From a virus (lineage: Duplodnaviria; Caudoviricetes): a DNA stretch of 41,196 nt. Made by a program: the position numbers and the translations under genes. Below the pieces are notes generated by a model. It was not told the DNA's origin. It ran no database searches and saw nothing but the letters and a program-made list of their open reading frames with translations. Location of the stretch: positions 1 to 41,196 of IMG/VR virus record IMGVR_UViG_3300046012_000485; one strand, 5' to 3'. Each line of letters begins with the position of its first letter. Within the stretch, counting starts at the first letter, position 1. Shown here one piece after another: positions 19,265 through 28,338 of the stretch.

Positions 19265-19558
19265 TTAGCCGGCAATACCGTAATAAGAAACGTCCAGCAC
19301 AGGAGAGCCAGACTGGGCAATGAACTGGATCGCCGAGAGGGTACCGGAATACTCAAGCGACGAGGTATCGGTGGAGTTAAGCGGCATCCCAGCAGAGGTC
19401 GTCGGAGCCACGCCATCATCGCGCCAGCGCGCGTTGGCAGTCTCAACGCGAATCACCGCCACCGTTGCGCCAGTTGGAACGGTCAAAACGCTGACGGCGC
19501 CCGTTCCAAGAGTAAGTTGCTGGTATCCCTTGGGGACAAAGCGAGTGTTAAGCAGCAT
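19265..19558 (-). CDS. small beta-rich virion protein (97 aa)
   Basis: RWRDDGVAPTTSAGMPL motif; start moved to MLLNT after GGGAG. Confidence 0.6.
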   Translation of the reverse strand: MLLNTRFVPKGYQQLTLGTGAVSVLTVPTGATVAVIRVETANARWRDDGVAPTTSAGMPLNSTDTSSLEYSGTLSAIQFIAQSGSPVLDVSYYGIAG

Positions 19559-19560
19559 CT

Positions 19561-19935
19561 CTAACTCCCATTCTGTAATGTAACCGCAACCTTGCACCAG
19601 TTGGGCCACTGCTCTAAATTCTGAACCACGAGCCAGACGTTTCCACGCTCGTCGGTGATGAGGTCGCCGCCCTTAGCCTTGGGACGAATAACTCCCTCCA
19701 CGTGTCCATACAGATACATGGCCCGGCGATCGCCGTTCATATTGACCCCTTCCAGCTGCTTGAGGTCCATGTAACTTAGAGCCTGGACCTGGGCGAAGGC
19801 TGGAAGGGGTTGCTTATAAGATGGGACCTGCCGGCCAGACGGATCGGTGACATAACCCACGCTCTCCTGATAGGAGACCGTAACCTGCGGGTTTACCGCA
19901 CCGACCGCGTTGCCGACAATTCCATGCAGGTTCAC
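19561..19935 (-). CDS. head closure / head-tail connector protein
   Basis: MNLHGIV..AVNP, QVQAL, KGGDLI, WLVVQNLEQWPNWCKV. Confidence 0.8.
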   Translation of the reverse strand: MNLHGIVGNAVGAVNPQVTVSYQESVGYVTDPSGRQVPSYKQPLPAFAQVQALSYMDLKQLEGVNMNGDRRAMYLYGHVEGVIRPKAKGGDLITDERGNVWLVVQNLEQWPNWCKVAVTLQNGS

Positions 19936-20438
19936 TTGAGGTCTACGAACCCGACCTTGATGGTCCCATTGAAGGCGTTGGTGGCGTCGATGTTCTTGAC
20001 CTTTATGACCAGGGAGCCGGCGGCTGGAGCGATCGTAGTGACGTCCGGTGTGCCCTGCGTGGACGTACCCAAGTTCACGCTTGCCTGCACAATGTCGGCC
20101 GCGGCGATCGTGGAATCCGTGACGGTGAGCGTATATATGGCGCCGGTCGCGGTAACGAGGCTCTCCGACGTAATCGTGCCCGAAGCCTTGTTCAAGGTGG
20201 CGGCGCCCGAGGAAGCTGTTGCCGTTCGCGTGCCTGTGTCCACCTGAAGGGGAAGGGCAGCTACGGGATTGACCCCGCTTCCGATCACACCCGGCTGCAA
20301 GCCTGGAAACTGCAAGTCCCCCTGGACCGGACTGAAAAGCACGACTTGCGCATGAGCAGGGGGGCTAAGACTCGCCATCGTGAGGAGGAGCACGAGCACG
20401 CCGAGGAGGGAGAATGAAAACCTGTTGAAGAGCTTCAT
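19932..20438 (-). CDS. beta-rich protein with a Sec-type signal peptide (168 aa)
   Basis: MKLFNRFSFSLLGVLVLLLTMASLSPPAHA|Q; AAGGA RBS; Thr/Ala/Gly-rich mature part. Confidence 0.65.
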   Translation of the reverse strand: MKLFNRFSFSLLGVLVLLLTMASLSPPAHAQVVLFSPVQGDLQFPGLQPGVIGSGVNPVAALPLQVDTGTRTATASSGAATLNKASGTITSESLVTATGAIYTLTVTDSTIAAADIVQASVNLGTSTQGTPDVTTIAPAAGSLVIKVKNIDATNAFNGTIKVGFVDLK

Positions 20439-20449
20439 AGTGGTTCCTT

Positions 20450-20923
20450 TCACTTTTTGACTTCAAAGTCAACGCTGTTGAACATGTGCCCGGTATCTAT
20501 GAGGGGCTTGTCGAAACCCTTCCGCGCGATCGTTGACGCCGCGAGCGGTGGCTCGTTGGTATCTTTTATGGACTGCTGGAGCTGTCCCTTGATCCCGAGG
20601 CCGGAGCGTTCCAGCGCCTTGCCAGGATCATAGTTGGTGAGCTTTAGCTGCTTCGCTACCGCTGCGGGCCAGCCCTTGCTCTCTTTGGCAATCATGTTGC
20701 GAAAGAACGGCCGCGGCGGGCAATAGCCTATCACCTTGCCCTCTCTCACAATGTTATGCCCGAACTCGTTGTAAGCCGCTACCTCGGCGACGTACTTGCC
20801 ATCCGGATAGGTGGCGTTTTCCAGGAAGCCCACGCGAAGGGTACCTGGGTTCGAAAGGCGGCCGGCAATTTCCTTGACGGCCGCCTCGAACCTCTTTCCA
20901 CCAGTGAGCCTAACGCGCATCAT
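20450..20923 (-). CDS. neck / tail completion protein
   Basis: LRVGFLE..YPDG, NEFG, PPRPFFR, PPLA.STI.RKG.DKPLIDTG. Confidence 0.85.
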   Translation of the reverse strand: MMRVRLTGGKRFEAAVKEIAGRLSNPGTLRVGFLENATYPDGKYVAEVAAYNEFGHNIVREGKVIGYCPPRPFFRNMIAKESKGWPAAVAKQLKLTNYDPGKALERSGLGIKGQLQQSIKDTNEPPLAASTIARKGFDKPLIDTGHMFNSVDFEVKK

Positions 20924-21252
20924 CCTTGGGGCGGTTCGTCCTTGGGAGCCGCGGTCTCGCCATTGGCGGCGAGCTCCAGGTTGGCCACACGCTCGTTGAG
21001 GCCGGTAACTGCCTCATAGAGTTTCTCGACGTCGCCGACCACCTGGCTCATCTGGCCGGTAATGGTCTTGACTTCGGCGATGATGTCGCCGACTTCTTCG
21101 ACCAGCGGCTCCAGCTTGGCCAGGTCTTTGGGATCGAAAGCCTTGGCGGCGTCCACCACCTGCTTGAGCAGCTCCGGGTTGAACTTCTCCAGGGCCTGCT
21201 CGATCGCTGCAATGCGGCTTGCGGCAGACTTCACAAATGCGTCTAAGTCCAT
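20920..21252 (-). CDS. coiled-coil hypothetical protein (110 aa)
   Basis: GGAGAGG RBS before MDLDAFVK; heptad pattern. Confidence 0.6.
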   Translation of the reverse strand: MDLDAFVKSAASRIAAIEQALEKFNPELLKQVVDAAKAFDPKDLAKLEPLVEEVGDIIAEVKTITGQMSQVVGDVEKLYEAVTGLNERVANLELAANGETAAPKDEPPQG

Positions 21253-21260
21253 GACCTCTC

Positions 21261-21704
21261 CTATCTTCCGAGTGGTCCGCCCCACGGTCCCACCACGGGG
21301 CCAGTGCGCGGTCCACGTACATAATGGAATTTCCGATACGAAGCGGTAGCTTGCCAGAAGCGCGCACCATACTTCGTCTGCTGAAACCATTGCGCGGAGC
21401 CTGGAGGATAATCGTTCTTCACGGAAACTGAGACCGATCCCTCCGAGGCGTCCGATATGCTACCGACGAGTGGCGAGTTGGCTTGCAGAGAGCTCCCATA
21501 CTGCAATTGCGCGATGTGCGCAGTCAGCAGGTTTAGGAGCTGGTTCTGCTGAGCCGGATCGCTTACCGGCCCAGTTCCATCATTGCGGCAATACATGGTG
21601 GCTTCGGTAAAACACGCCGAAGCTTGGACTGCATTGACAGCACTGTTGAACTCGGGGAAGAGTTGTTGCCACCCCGCGTAGTTGAACTGGACCGTAACGC
21701 CCAC
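21261..21704 (-). CDS. head-tail adaptor (DUF4054-like)
   Basis: FPEF, LLTAHIAQL, ASEGSVSVS, WFQQTKYGARFW; GTG start at 21704. Confidence 0.85.
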   Translation of the reverse strand: MGVTVQFNYAGWQQLFPEFNSAVNAVQASACFTEATMYCRNDGTGPVSDPAQQNQLLNLLTAHIAQLQYGSSLQANSPLVGSISDASEGSVSVSVKNDYPPGSAQWFQQTKYGARFWQATASYRKFHYVRGPRTGPVVGPWGGPLGR

Positions 21705-21705
21705 G

Positions 21706-22245
21706 TTACGCCGCCACTTCCGGCTTGCGCAACACGTCCGCCTCGTCCGTGGCGTCGCCGTCCTTGCTGCCAAGCGAGACCCGCTTGGGAACGCGAGGGT
21801 CCTTGGACTTGGCTTCGGTGGCGCCTTGAGGCATTCTGAGTGGATGCAGACCATCCCACACCTCTTTGTGATCGCGACCGGCTGCGGCGGCCTCGTTCTC
21901 ATTGGGCATGATGAAGATAAGCTGGTTATTCACCAGGTCATGTTCCTTGTTCTGCTCCATCCACCTCTGCATGAATTCCAGCGAGACATCATTGGTGATG
22001 GCATACTGGCCAACGATCCGATGAGGTTGACGCTGCCCGAAGGCTGCACCCTTGTAACCCTTCAAGGTCACGGTGCCGGCTTTGATGTCGGGGAAAAATT
22101 GCTTGAACGTGCGGGGACCCGCATTGGTGTTCTCGCGAACTTCCTCGGACCTGAAAAGCCGAAGGATAAGGCCATTCGGGGATTTGAGACCGACGCTGCA
22201 AAGCTTGCGGCTCTCCAGCTTGATCTTGTTTTCGTTGTCGCTCAT
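21706..22245 (-). CDS. conserved post-capsid hypothetical protein
   Basis: VGLKSPNGL..GY..YAITNDV..F...W pattern; GGGAG RBS; follows the capsid gene. Confidence 0.65.
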   Translation of the reverse strand: MSDNENKIKLESRKLCSVGLKSPNGLILRLFRSEEVRENTNAGPRTFKQFFPDIKAGTVTLKGYKGAAFGQRQPHRIVGQYAITNDVSLEFMQRWMEQNKEHDLVNNQLIFIMPNENEAAAAGRDHKEVWDGLHPLRMPQGATEAKSKDPRVPKRVSLGSKDGDATDEADVLRKPEVAA

Positions 22246-22261
22246 GTTTTACTCCCTTGTT

Positions 22262-22285
22262 GCCCGCCGTTCGCCCGCGGCGGGC
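22262..22285 (-). promoter_or_regulatory. GC-rich stem-loop after the capsid gene
   Basis: GCCCGCCG/CGGCGGGC inverted repeat with no U-tract; possible mRNA-stabilising or attenuating hairpin. Confidence 0.45.
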
Positions 22286-22300
22286 TATCGGGGATCAGCC

Positions 22301-23413
22301 TTAGATGCCGACCATGGAGGCGATGGCGAAGGGCTGACGGATGACCGTCCCCCAAGTTCCGCCAGTCACCTTTTGCCGCCAGGACGAGCTGCGCGGGATC
22401 AACTTATGAGCCCGCATCTTCTCGTTGAACGAGCAGAACGCAGTTTCCTGGTTCTCGATGGTACCGGCGATCATCTGCATCAGATTGCCGGCAGCAACGC
22501 CGTTCGGATTGGCGGCGCTGATGGCGCCGTACTGGATTGCCGTGATGACCTTCAAGTTCGGGAAGTTCTTCTTGAGGAGGTCCTTCACGTTCACACCGAA
22601 CGAGTTGGTAGCGGTGAGGGCCACGGATGAACCGGGCGACATCGCCAGGGTCAGCGCAGTTTCCTCGTCCACCAAGCCGCCCGACTGGGCCACGAGCTGG
22701 AAGAATACCGACTGGACATCGGCATAGACTTCATTGGCAGTCGCCACGATCTGCGTGCCATTGATCCACTTCACGCCGCCCGCGGCCTTCGTGGCCGGAG
22801 TGAGGGAGGCGCTCAGGTTGGGATCGTTGAGCAGGCCGTAGTTCGAGAGGCCTGCCACGCCGAAGAAGTAGCTCAGGTTCTGGAAGCGCATCATCGCACC
22901 CGCGGCCGAGCGATCGAGCTCGGACACGAAGTTGATTTTGGCCAGGCCTGCCCGCTCCAGTTCACGCTCGCCATACTCCTTCATGATTTGAAAGAGATAC
23001 GACTGGCGTTGGGGCCAGTTGATGTTCACCCCGGAGCGACCGTTTTCCGCGAAGTCGTCATAGGACGACACCTCGCCGGTCTCTTCGGTGACGGGGAACA
23101 TGATGGTCTCGTCCAGCCACGTTCCCTTCTTGACCTCGCTCACGATCTGGGCGGCCTTCGTCGGAGCGAAGAGCACCCGGATGGTGGTGGGGTCAATCAT
23201 CGTGGTAAGCATCGCCGGCACCGCCGAGTTGGGATCGGTGACGAGACTGGGCTGCGCATCCATTGCGAGTCCAGGGAAGGCGTCCATCGCCAGACGGATG
23301 TCCTTTGCGGCACCCGTGGGGATGTAAGCCGTGGTAAACGGCAGAATGATGCCGGACGCTTCCAGATGGTCGCGGTCGGCCTCAAAGGCTGCCTTGGCTT
23401 CTTGGTAGTTCAT
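22301..23413 (-). CDS. major capsid protein (DUF2184-like, HK97 fold)
   Basis: KKGTW, E.TG.V.SY.D, RQSY.FQ, YGLLNDPNL, F.EKMRAH, GTWGTVIRQP. Confidence 0.9.
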   Translation of the reverse strand: MNYQEAKAAFEADRDHLEASGIILPFTTAYIPTGAAKDIRLAMDAFPGLAMDAQPSLVTDPNSAVPAMLTTMIDPTTIRVLFAPTKAAQIVSEVKKGTWLDETIMFPVTEETGEVSSYDDFAENGRSGVNINWPQRQSYLFQIMKEYGERELERAGLAKINFVSELDRSAAGAMMRFQNLSYFFGVAGLSNYGLLNDPNLSASLTPATKAAGGVKWINGTQIVATANEVYADVQSVFFQLVAQSGGLVDEETALTLAMSPGSSVALTATNSFGVNVKDLLKKNFPNLKVITAIQYGAISAANPNGVAAGNLMQMIAGTIENQETAFCSFNEKMRAHKLIPRSSSWRQKVTGGTWGTVIRQPFAIASMVGI

Positions 23414-23443
23414 GTTGCTGCGTCTCCTTTCAAGCGCTAAGGC

Positions 23444-24388
23444 TTAGCCTTGCGGCCAAGAGGTGATTTTCACCAGTTCACCGACGGCGCCGACCGACTG
23501 GGCAATCCACTTGGTCTCGACGTTGGTGTTGGCAGTGATGGTCGTCGAAGCGGCCGTGCCGGTCAGCTGCGTCAGATACGTACCGGCGCCACCGGGAGTT
23601 CCGGTGAGCTGCGACTGGATCACCGAGCCTGCCGGCACGCTCGTGCCGGTGATCGGATCGCCGGCCGAGAAGGTGCCGGTGACGGTTCCGCCAACCGTGA
23701 GCACGCCCCAAGTTTCCGTGATCGTGGTTGAAGCCACGGTCTGTTCGGGGATGGACACGGAGTAGGTGCCGATACCTCCGGCAGTTCCGGTGAGCTGCGA
23801 CAGGATTTGCGTTCCTGAAGCAACGCCGGTTCCGGAGATAATGCCGCCGACCACCAGGCCGGAGCCCGCGGTGACGGTAAGAACGTTGCCGGCGATCGAG
23901 CCGGTAACGCTGGCGCCGGCGCCGGCCGCAATGCTCGAAGCCGTGCCCGAAGCCGTACCGGGCGATGCGGTTGCGGCAAACGAGGCCAGGCCCGTGGCGA
24001 AGTTGGCGTAAGCCTTCTGTCCGACCACCGAAGAGGTCGCACCATTGTTGACCACCCAGAAGTCACCTTCCGTGCAGGCAGCAACCTGAAAGCCCTTCGG
24101 GATCGTCATACCCGCGTCTGCGAGATACGCGGTGATGAGACCCTGTTGCTGGCGATGCACAAAGCCAGCTACCGGACCCGAGCCGGAGTTATTGAGGATC
24201 GCAGGCGCATTGTCGTTGTCGACGCTGGTGCCCGAGAGCCATGCGAACGCACCAATCGTCAAACCATTGGGGCCCGCAACGAGCGCCCCCTGGCCGGCGT
24301 TGAGATACGCTCGCGGGTTGCCCGACGCATAATCGCCGGCAATTGCCGGAGCCTGCTGAGCACCCACTTGGGTTTGCAAACCGTTCAT
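23444..24388 (-). CDS. head decoration / cement protein with two inserted beta modules
   Basis: [38 protein letters not shown]; directly before the capsid gene. Confidence 0.8.
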   Translation of the reverse strand: MNGLQTQVGAQQAPAIAGDYASGNPRAYLNAGQGALVAGPNGLTIGAFAWLSGTSVDNDNAPAILNNSGSGPVAGFVHRQQQGLITAYLADAGMTIPKGFQVAACTEGDFWVVNNGATSSVVGQKAYANFATGLASFAATASPGTASGTASSIAAGAGASVTGSIAGNVLTVTAGSGLVVGGIISGTGVASGTQILSQLTGTAGGIGTYSVSIPEQTVASTTITETWGVLTVGGTVTGTFSAGDPITGTSVPAGSVIQSQLTGTPGGAGTYLTQLTGTAASTTITANTNVETKWIAQSVGAVGELVKITSWPQG

Positions 24389-24416
24389 TTTGTCTCCTTT
24401 CGCGGTTTTGCTTTAC

Positions 24417-25268
24417 TTACGCCGCACCGATGCGCGAAGCATCGGGATAGCGCTCGTTGAAGCTGCTCACAGACTTTGCGTCCATGGCGAGCCTGCGCTC
24501 ACCATTGGTCTTCTTGGCGCCGGGCAGCGGCTGCGCCTTGAGGATCGCATTGTAGGCGGAAGCATCGACGCCGGTGACGTCCACATCCATCATCTTGAAG
24601 GCAGCGCGATAAACATCCGGCGCGCTGTCGAAAGCCATGCTGAGCTTGCCGACATAAGGCTCAACCGCCTGTTCGGCAAGGCGCGTGGCTTTGAAGGTTT
24701 CACGAACCTTCTTTTCGGTTTCCGCGGTCGCCTTGGCGATCGCTTCATCCATGGCGGGTTTCGTCACCATGTTCTCATTTTCCGCTTTCTCCGGGTCACT
24801 GTCGACCGCGGTTTGGGTTCCGCCTCGGACGTCGAGTGCGTCGTAGGCCTTCATGTCTTCCGCCGAAAGCTTGGAGGTGAGGAACTCGCGACGCTTGTTG
24901 TTCGCCTCCTCATCTTCGTCTTCCGCAGCCTTGGCGGGCTCGCCCAGGAGCTTCTTGAGAGCTTCGCCCTCCAGAGGTTCGCCGGTCTCGGGGTCCGCGT
25001 CCGCGCCTTCCGCCACTTCATCCTTCTCCAAGGAGTCAAGCAGCTTGTGGAAGTCTTCGATTTTGGCATCGGCTGCCAACTTACCCTGCACCGCATCCGT
25101 TACCGACTTGATAATGGCGGGTTTCTTCGTGGAAAAATTCTTGGAGGTCACGCCCACGAAGAAAGGCGTAACGTCCAATTTCGCATCCATGGCGAGCTTC
25201 GGCGCAAGGTAGGCAATCAATGCCCCCCTGGCCGTCGACGCCTTCCGCGACAACACGGTCTTACTCAT
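24417..25268 (-). CDS. nested in-frame scaffolding protein (283 aa)
   Basis: GAGGAG-6 nt-ATG (MSKTVLSRK) immediately after the protease domain; charged helical sequence. Confidence 0.65.
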   Translation of the reverse strand: MSKTVLSRKASTARGALIAYLAPKLAMDAKLDVTPFFVGVTSKNFSTKKPAIIKSVTDAVQGKLAADAKIEDFHKLLDSLEKDEVAEGADADPETGEPLEGEALKKLLGEPAKAAEDEDEEANNKRREFLTSKLSAEDMKAYDALDVRGGTQTAVDSDPEKAENENMVTKPAMDEAIAKATAETEKKVRETFKATRLAEQAVEPYVGKLSMAFDSAPDVYRAAFKMMDVDVTGVDASAYNAILKAQPLPGAKKTNGERRLAMDAKSVSSFNERYPDASRIGAA

Positions 25269-25913
25269 TACGAACTCCTCTATTGGTTTGCTGTCGCCAA
25301 CGACGACATCGTCTCCGGCTCTGCCTTCTCTCACAAGCGCTACATGATTGCCGACGATGTCGCGCATAACTCCATCGTAGGCCTCTCCTTCGGGCGTCAC
25401 TCCAGGCGACATATCTGCCCGATAGTGGTAAGAGCTGGAGAGCTCTCTTTGCGTTTCATCTTCAATGCCGCCGATACCGTCATCGGACCACACGGAGATG
25501 TTGTTCTTGAGATAGGGATGCTCGTACCTGGCCTCCGTGCCGGTCGTCCCCACAGTCAGCGAGGGCTGGTGGGTGGCGGCGGTGAGCGGAACGTGGCGGA
25601 GGAGCAGGGGGAGGTTGTTGAAGGTATCGGCTGCCTTCTTCAGCTCCTCGGGGTGGCGGTAGAGCTTGTACTTCTTCTCGGGGTCCAGCCCGAGCTTGTC
25701 GAAGGCCGGAATCTCGCGGCCGTAATACTCGCAGATGTTGGCCTTTGAAATGGGAGCCACGCGCACGTGAAGGCGGCCGTCGCGATCGTACTGGCGCACG
25801 CTCTCGCCATCGTCCATCGCCAGAAGCGAGGCCGCACTGTAAGCCGCCCACGGAGTGGGGAAGGGTCCGAGGTCGCCGGCAAAGCAGCAACCGTCTTTGA
25901 AGCTGATCTGCAT
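24417..25913 (-). CDS. prohead protease-scaffold (DUF2213-like)
   Basis: R..D.DGRL, ISKAN.C.Y.G.EIP, ELSSSY.Y, NHVALV..GRAG.DV.VGD. Confidence 0.9.
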   Translation of the reverse strand: MQISFKDGCCFAGDLGPFPTPWAAYSAASLLAMDDGESVRQYDRDGRLHVRVAPISKANICEYYGREIPAFDKLGLDPEKKYKLYRHPEELKKAADTFNNLPLLLRHVPLTAATHQPSLTVGTTGTEARYEHPYLKNNISVWSDDGIGGIEDETQRELSSSYHYRADMSPGVTPEGEAYDGVMRDIVGNHVALVREGRAGDDVVVGDSKPIEEFVMSKTVLSRKASTARGALIAYLAPKLAMDAKLDVTPFFVGVTSKNFSTKKPAIIKSVTDAVQGKLAADAKIEDFHKLLDSLEKDEVAEGADADPETGEPLEGEALKKLLGEPAKAAEDEDEEANNKRREFLTSKLSAEDMKAYDALDVRGGTQTAVDSDPEKAENENMVTKPAMDEAIAKATAETEKKVRETFKATRLAEQAVEPYVGKLSMAFDSAPDVYRAAFKMMDVDVTGVDASAYNAILKAQPLPGAKKTNGERRLAMDAKSVSSFNERYPDASRIGAA

Positions 25914-25915
25914 GA

Positions 25916-26368
25916 TTACTTTACCTGTTTGCCTGGAAAGACGACGCCAGGATGATGCTCCAGCGCCAAACCACTTTTATGATGCGCATCGGCCTCGCCT
26001 TTGGCGTGGGCTTCAGCCGCGGCGCGGTGCTTCTTGGCACCTTCAATATGGCCGGCGGCGTCCTTGCCGCCCTTCTTGGCTTCGGCCTCATGAGTTTGGG
26101 CCGCCAGGTGATGGCGCTCGCTCATATTGTAACCCTCGGTCTTCAACCGTTGTTTCATCGGGTCATTTTTACCGAATGGGTTCGGTGCGCTCCGGCCTTC
26201 GCCAAACCCACGGCCGCCAGGCTTCTTCTTGCCCGCACCACCGCCGGACCCGAACTTGCCGCCTTGACCGCGAGGGTGCTTGCCCTCGTCGAAGTCTCCA
26301 TCATTGGCGAGGAAGAAATCTGTGTTGCGCAGCGTACCGGCTTTGGGTACGAAGAAGTTAAAGTTCAT
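25916..26368 (-). CDS. Gly/Lys/His-rich putative internal head protein
   Basis: FFLAND-GDFDEGKHPRGQGGKF tag followed by His/Ala-rich helices. Confidence 0.65.
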   Translation of the reverse strand: MNFNFFVPKAGTLRNTDFFLANDGDFDEGKHPRGQGGKFGSGGGAGKKKPGGRGFGEGRSAPNPFGKNDPMKQRLKTEGYNMSERHHLAAQTHEAEAKKGGKDAAGHIEGAKKHRAAAEAHAKGEADAHHKSGLALEHHPGVVFPGKQVK

Positions 26369-26373
26369 TCCCG

Positions 26374-28338
26374 TCAGCCTTTCTCAAAATGTGATTGATC
26401 CAGGGTTACGTGGACCACGTTGCTATGTGGGTCATAATTTGTGACTTCGAAGGCGGAGTCACGCGGAAGAAGCACTTCCTTCTCAGTGGTATGATGTGAC
26501 CACTTACCGAGAGCTGCACCCTTGGAGCCCTTCGGTACCTTGATGACCAGCTTAAGATCGCCATGCCATTTGCCCTCGTGCGTTGAGGTCGAGACATAGC
26601 CGCGGTCAATAAATTTTGTACCCTCAAATATAATGCTCTTGAGGATTTTGGAGTATTCGCCGCCCACCTTGCGGTAGAGTATGACCTCTTCATCAAAGGC
26701 TGTACTGCCGAGCCACGCGTCAAGGTGTTCAGTTAATTTATCACTCTTGGCGAAGTTCGGGTTATGCCGGAGTTCACTGTTCCACTGGCTATAACCAGAA
26801 CCAGAGTATTTAGCAATGGCACTCTGCTGTGTAGCAGTCGGCTGCGGTGCTTTAGAAACGAGATTACTATAGAGCGCATTATTCGCATTAGCAGCAGCTT
26901 GTTGCTTCTTATGTTCTTCAGCCGCCGTCTTCTGCGCTTCAGCATTCTTCTTCTGCTGCTCTGTCATAGCAGCAGCTTCAGCTTTGGTCTTAATGACCTG
27001 CTGTGAGTTCTTAACGCCAGGCTCTATCTTACCGGCGAAGAGAGCCTTGAGCTTATCAACACCCTTACCCTCTTTGGTCACGTGACCTGGGGTGCTGGCG
27101 ATCCAGTCTTCGGTCTTGCCGTTGAACTTGATCTTGGCGTCGCCATTCTTAAAGATGATGCTTTCACCATCAGCTTCGACTAGCTCATAGCCCTTCTCGA
27201 ACGTAATCGCAGTGGCATAGCTGATTTGCTGTTTCTGCGCAGACGTTAATTCCGCAGTATGCCCCTTCTCACCTAATTCAGCTTCAGCTGCGGAGAAATC
27301 GGCATATACAAAAGCCTTTCCAGTCTCTATGTCATATATAAGACCAGCATTACCACCCTTATAGAGCTGCTTCTTCCCGTAGAGCCCAGAGCTGTTGTAC
27401 TCCCAACCTTTAGATTCTATGTCTTTAATTCTTGCTGCATTATTACTTCCGATCGGAGTAAATTCGTGCATAGCCTTGGCAGGCTTACTAACTTCAGCCT
27501 GCTTGGTCTCCGCCTTCTTCACCGCAACGCCGAGCAGCTTGGCGAGCGCCGAGCCCTCGCCTTCATGCTCTCCCTTCTCGGGATGTGAGAGCGACCACTT
27601 GCTCGACCACTTCTTGCCCTCGGGCGCGGGATGCACACTCACCTTTGCGCCGCTTGGATGGTAATAGACGACCGTACCGTTGGCGCCAGGCGTCTTCTGT
27701 TTCTTGAAGCCGGCGGCCGAGAAGACGCCCGTCAGGGTCGACGAAACCTGCGCGGTCTTGCCGCCGCCCCCTGATCCAGTGGCGAACTTTCCAGCATCAT
27801 CGCGAGGGTGCTTGCTTTCCTCAAAATCATCGTGGGCGAGCTCGGGCCCTACGTTGATGACTTTTACCGGAACGCTTATTCCAAGTGCAGCACCAGCCGC
27901 CAGGCGGGTTTGTCCCGCCATCAAGTGCAGATGCTTGCCATGTTGCAGCACGATCGGAGGAGCGGTCTCGCCCTCCTTGAGGTCTTTGAGTATCCGCGCG
28001 CTATCGCGACGATGGCTGAAGGTCTTATGAACCCAGTCCTCGCTCTTTCCAATTCCGCTCGAAGCCATGGAGTTGCCGAGCTTGCGGAACTCCTGCTCAT
28101 TCAGCGGCCGTGTCGGAGCTGCGTCGTACTTCTTCTGGAAGTCCTCACGCGAGGAAAAGGCTTTTGGGAAAAGCGGCCGCGAGTATTTTTTATACTCAAC
28201 ATCATATTCCCAGTCGAGCTCCTTTGGTGCGTAGTCACGCATCTTCGGCGAACCACCTGAGCCGAATTGCCCATTGGTCGCGCGAGGGTGATCGCTCTCC
28301 TTGAACTCATCGTGAGCAAGAAAGAAGGCGAGGTTCAC
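26374..28338 (-). CDS. multidomain protein: ParB/Srx-like domain plus C-terminal VIP2/Alt-like ADP-ribosyltransferase
   Basis: PPIVL..LMAGQTRLAA (ParB-like); Y....Y...N..LR, LYRK, YVSTS and EKEVLLPR (R-S-E ART). Confidence 0.8.
   Translation of the reverse strand: MNLAFFLAHDEFKESDHPRATNGQFGSGGSPKMRDYAPKELDWEYDVEYKKYSRPLFPKAFSSREDFQKKYDAAPTRPLNEQEFRKLGNSMASSGIGKSEDWVHKTFSHRRDSARILKDLKEGETAPPIVLQHGKHLHLMAGQTRLAAGAALGISVPVKVINVGPELAHDDFEESKHPRDDAGKFATGSGGGGKTAQVSSTLTGVFSAAGFKKQKTPGANGTVVYYHPSGAKVSVHPAPEGKKWSSKWSLSHPEKGEHEGEGSALAKLLGVAVKKAETKQAEVSKPAKAMHEFTPIGSNNAARIKDIESKGWEYNSSGLYGKKQLYKGGNAGLIYDIETGKAFVYADFSAAEAELGEKGHTAELTSAQKQQISYATAITFEKGYELVEADGESIIFKNGDAKIKFNGKTEDWIASTPGHVTKEGKGVDKLKALFAGKIEPGVKNSQQVIKTKAEAAAMTEQQKKNAEAQKTAAEEHKKQQAAANANNALYSNLVSKAPQPTATQQSAIAKYSGSGYSQWNSELRHNPNFAKSDKLTEHLDAWLGSTAFDEEVILYRKVGGEYSKILKSIIFEGTKFIDRGYVSTSTHEGKWHGDLKLVIKVPKGSKGAALGKWSHHTTEKEVLLPRDSAFEVTNYDPHSNVVHVTLDQSHFEKG

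Noticed and set aside
24390-25748. 452-aa plus-strand ORF
   Set aside because: Antisense shadow of the protease gene, as expected from high-GC codon bias; no recognisable motifs
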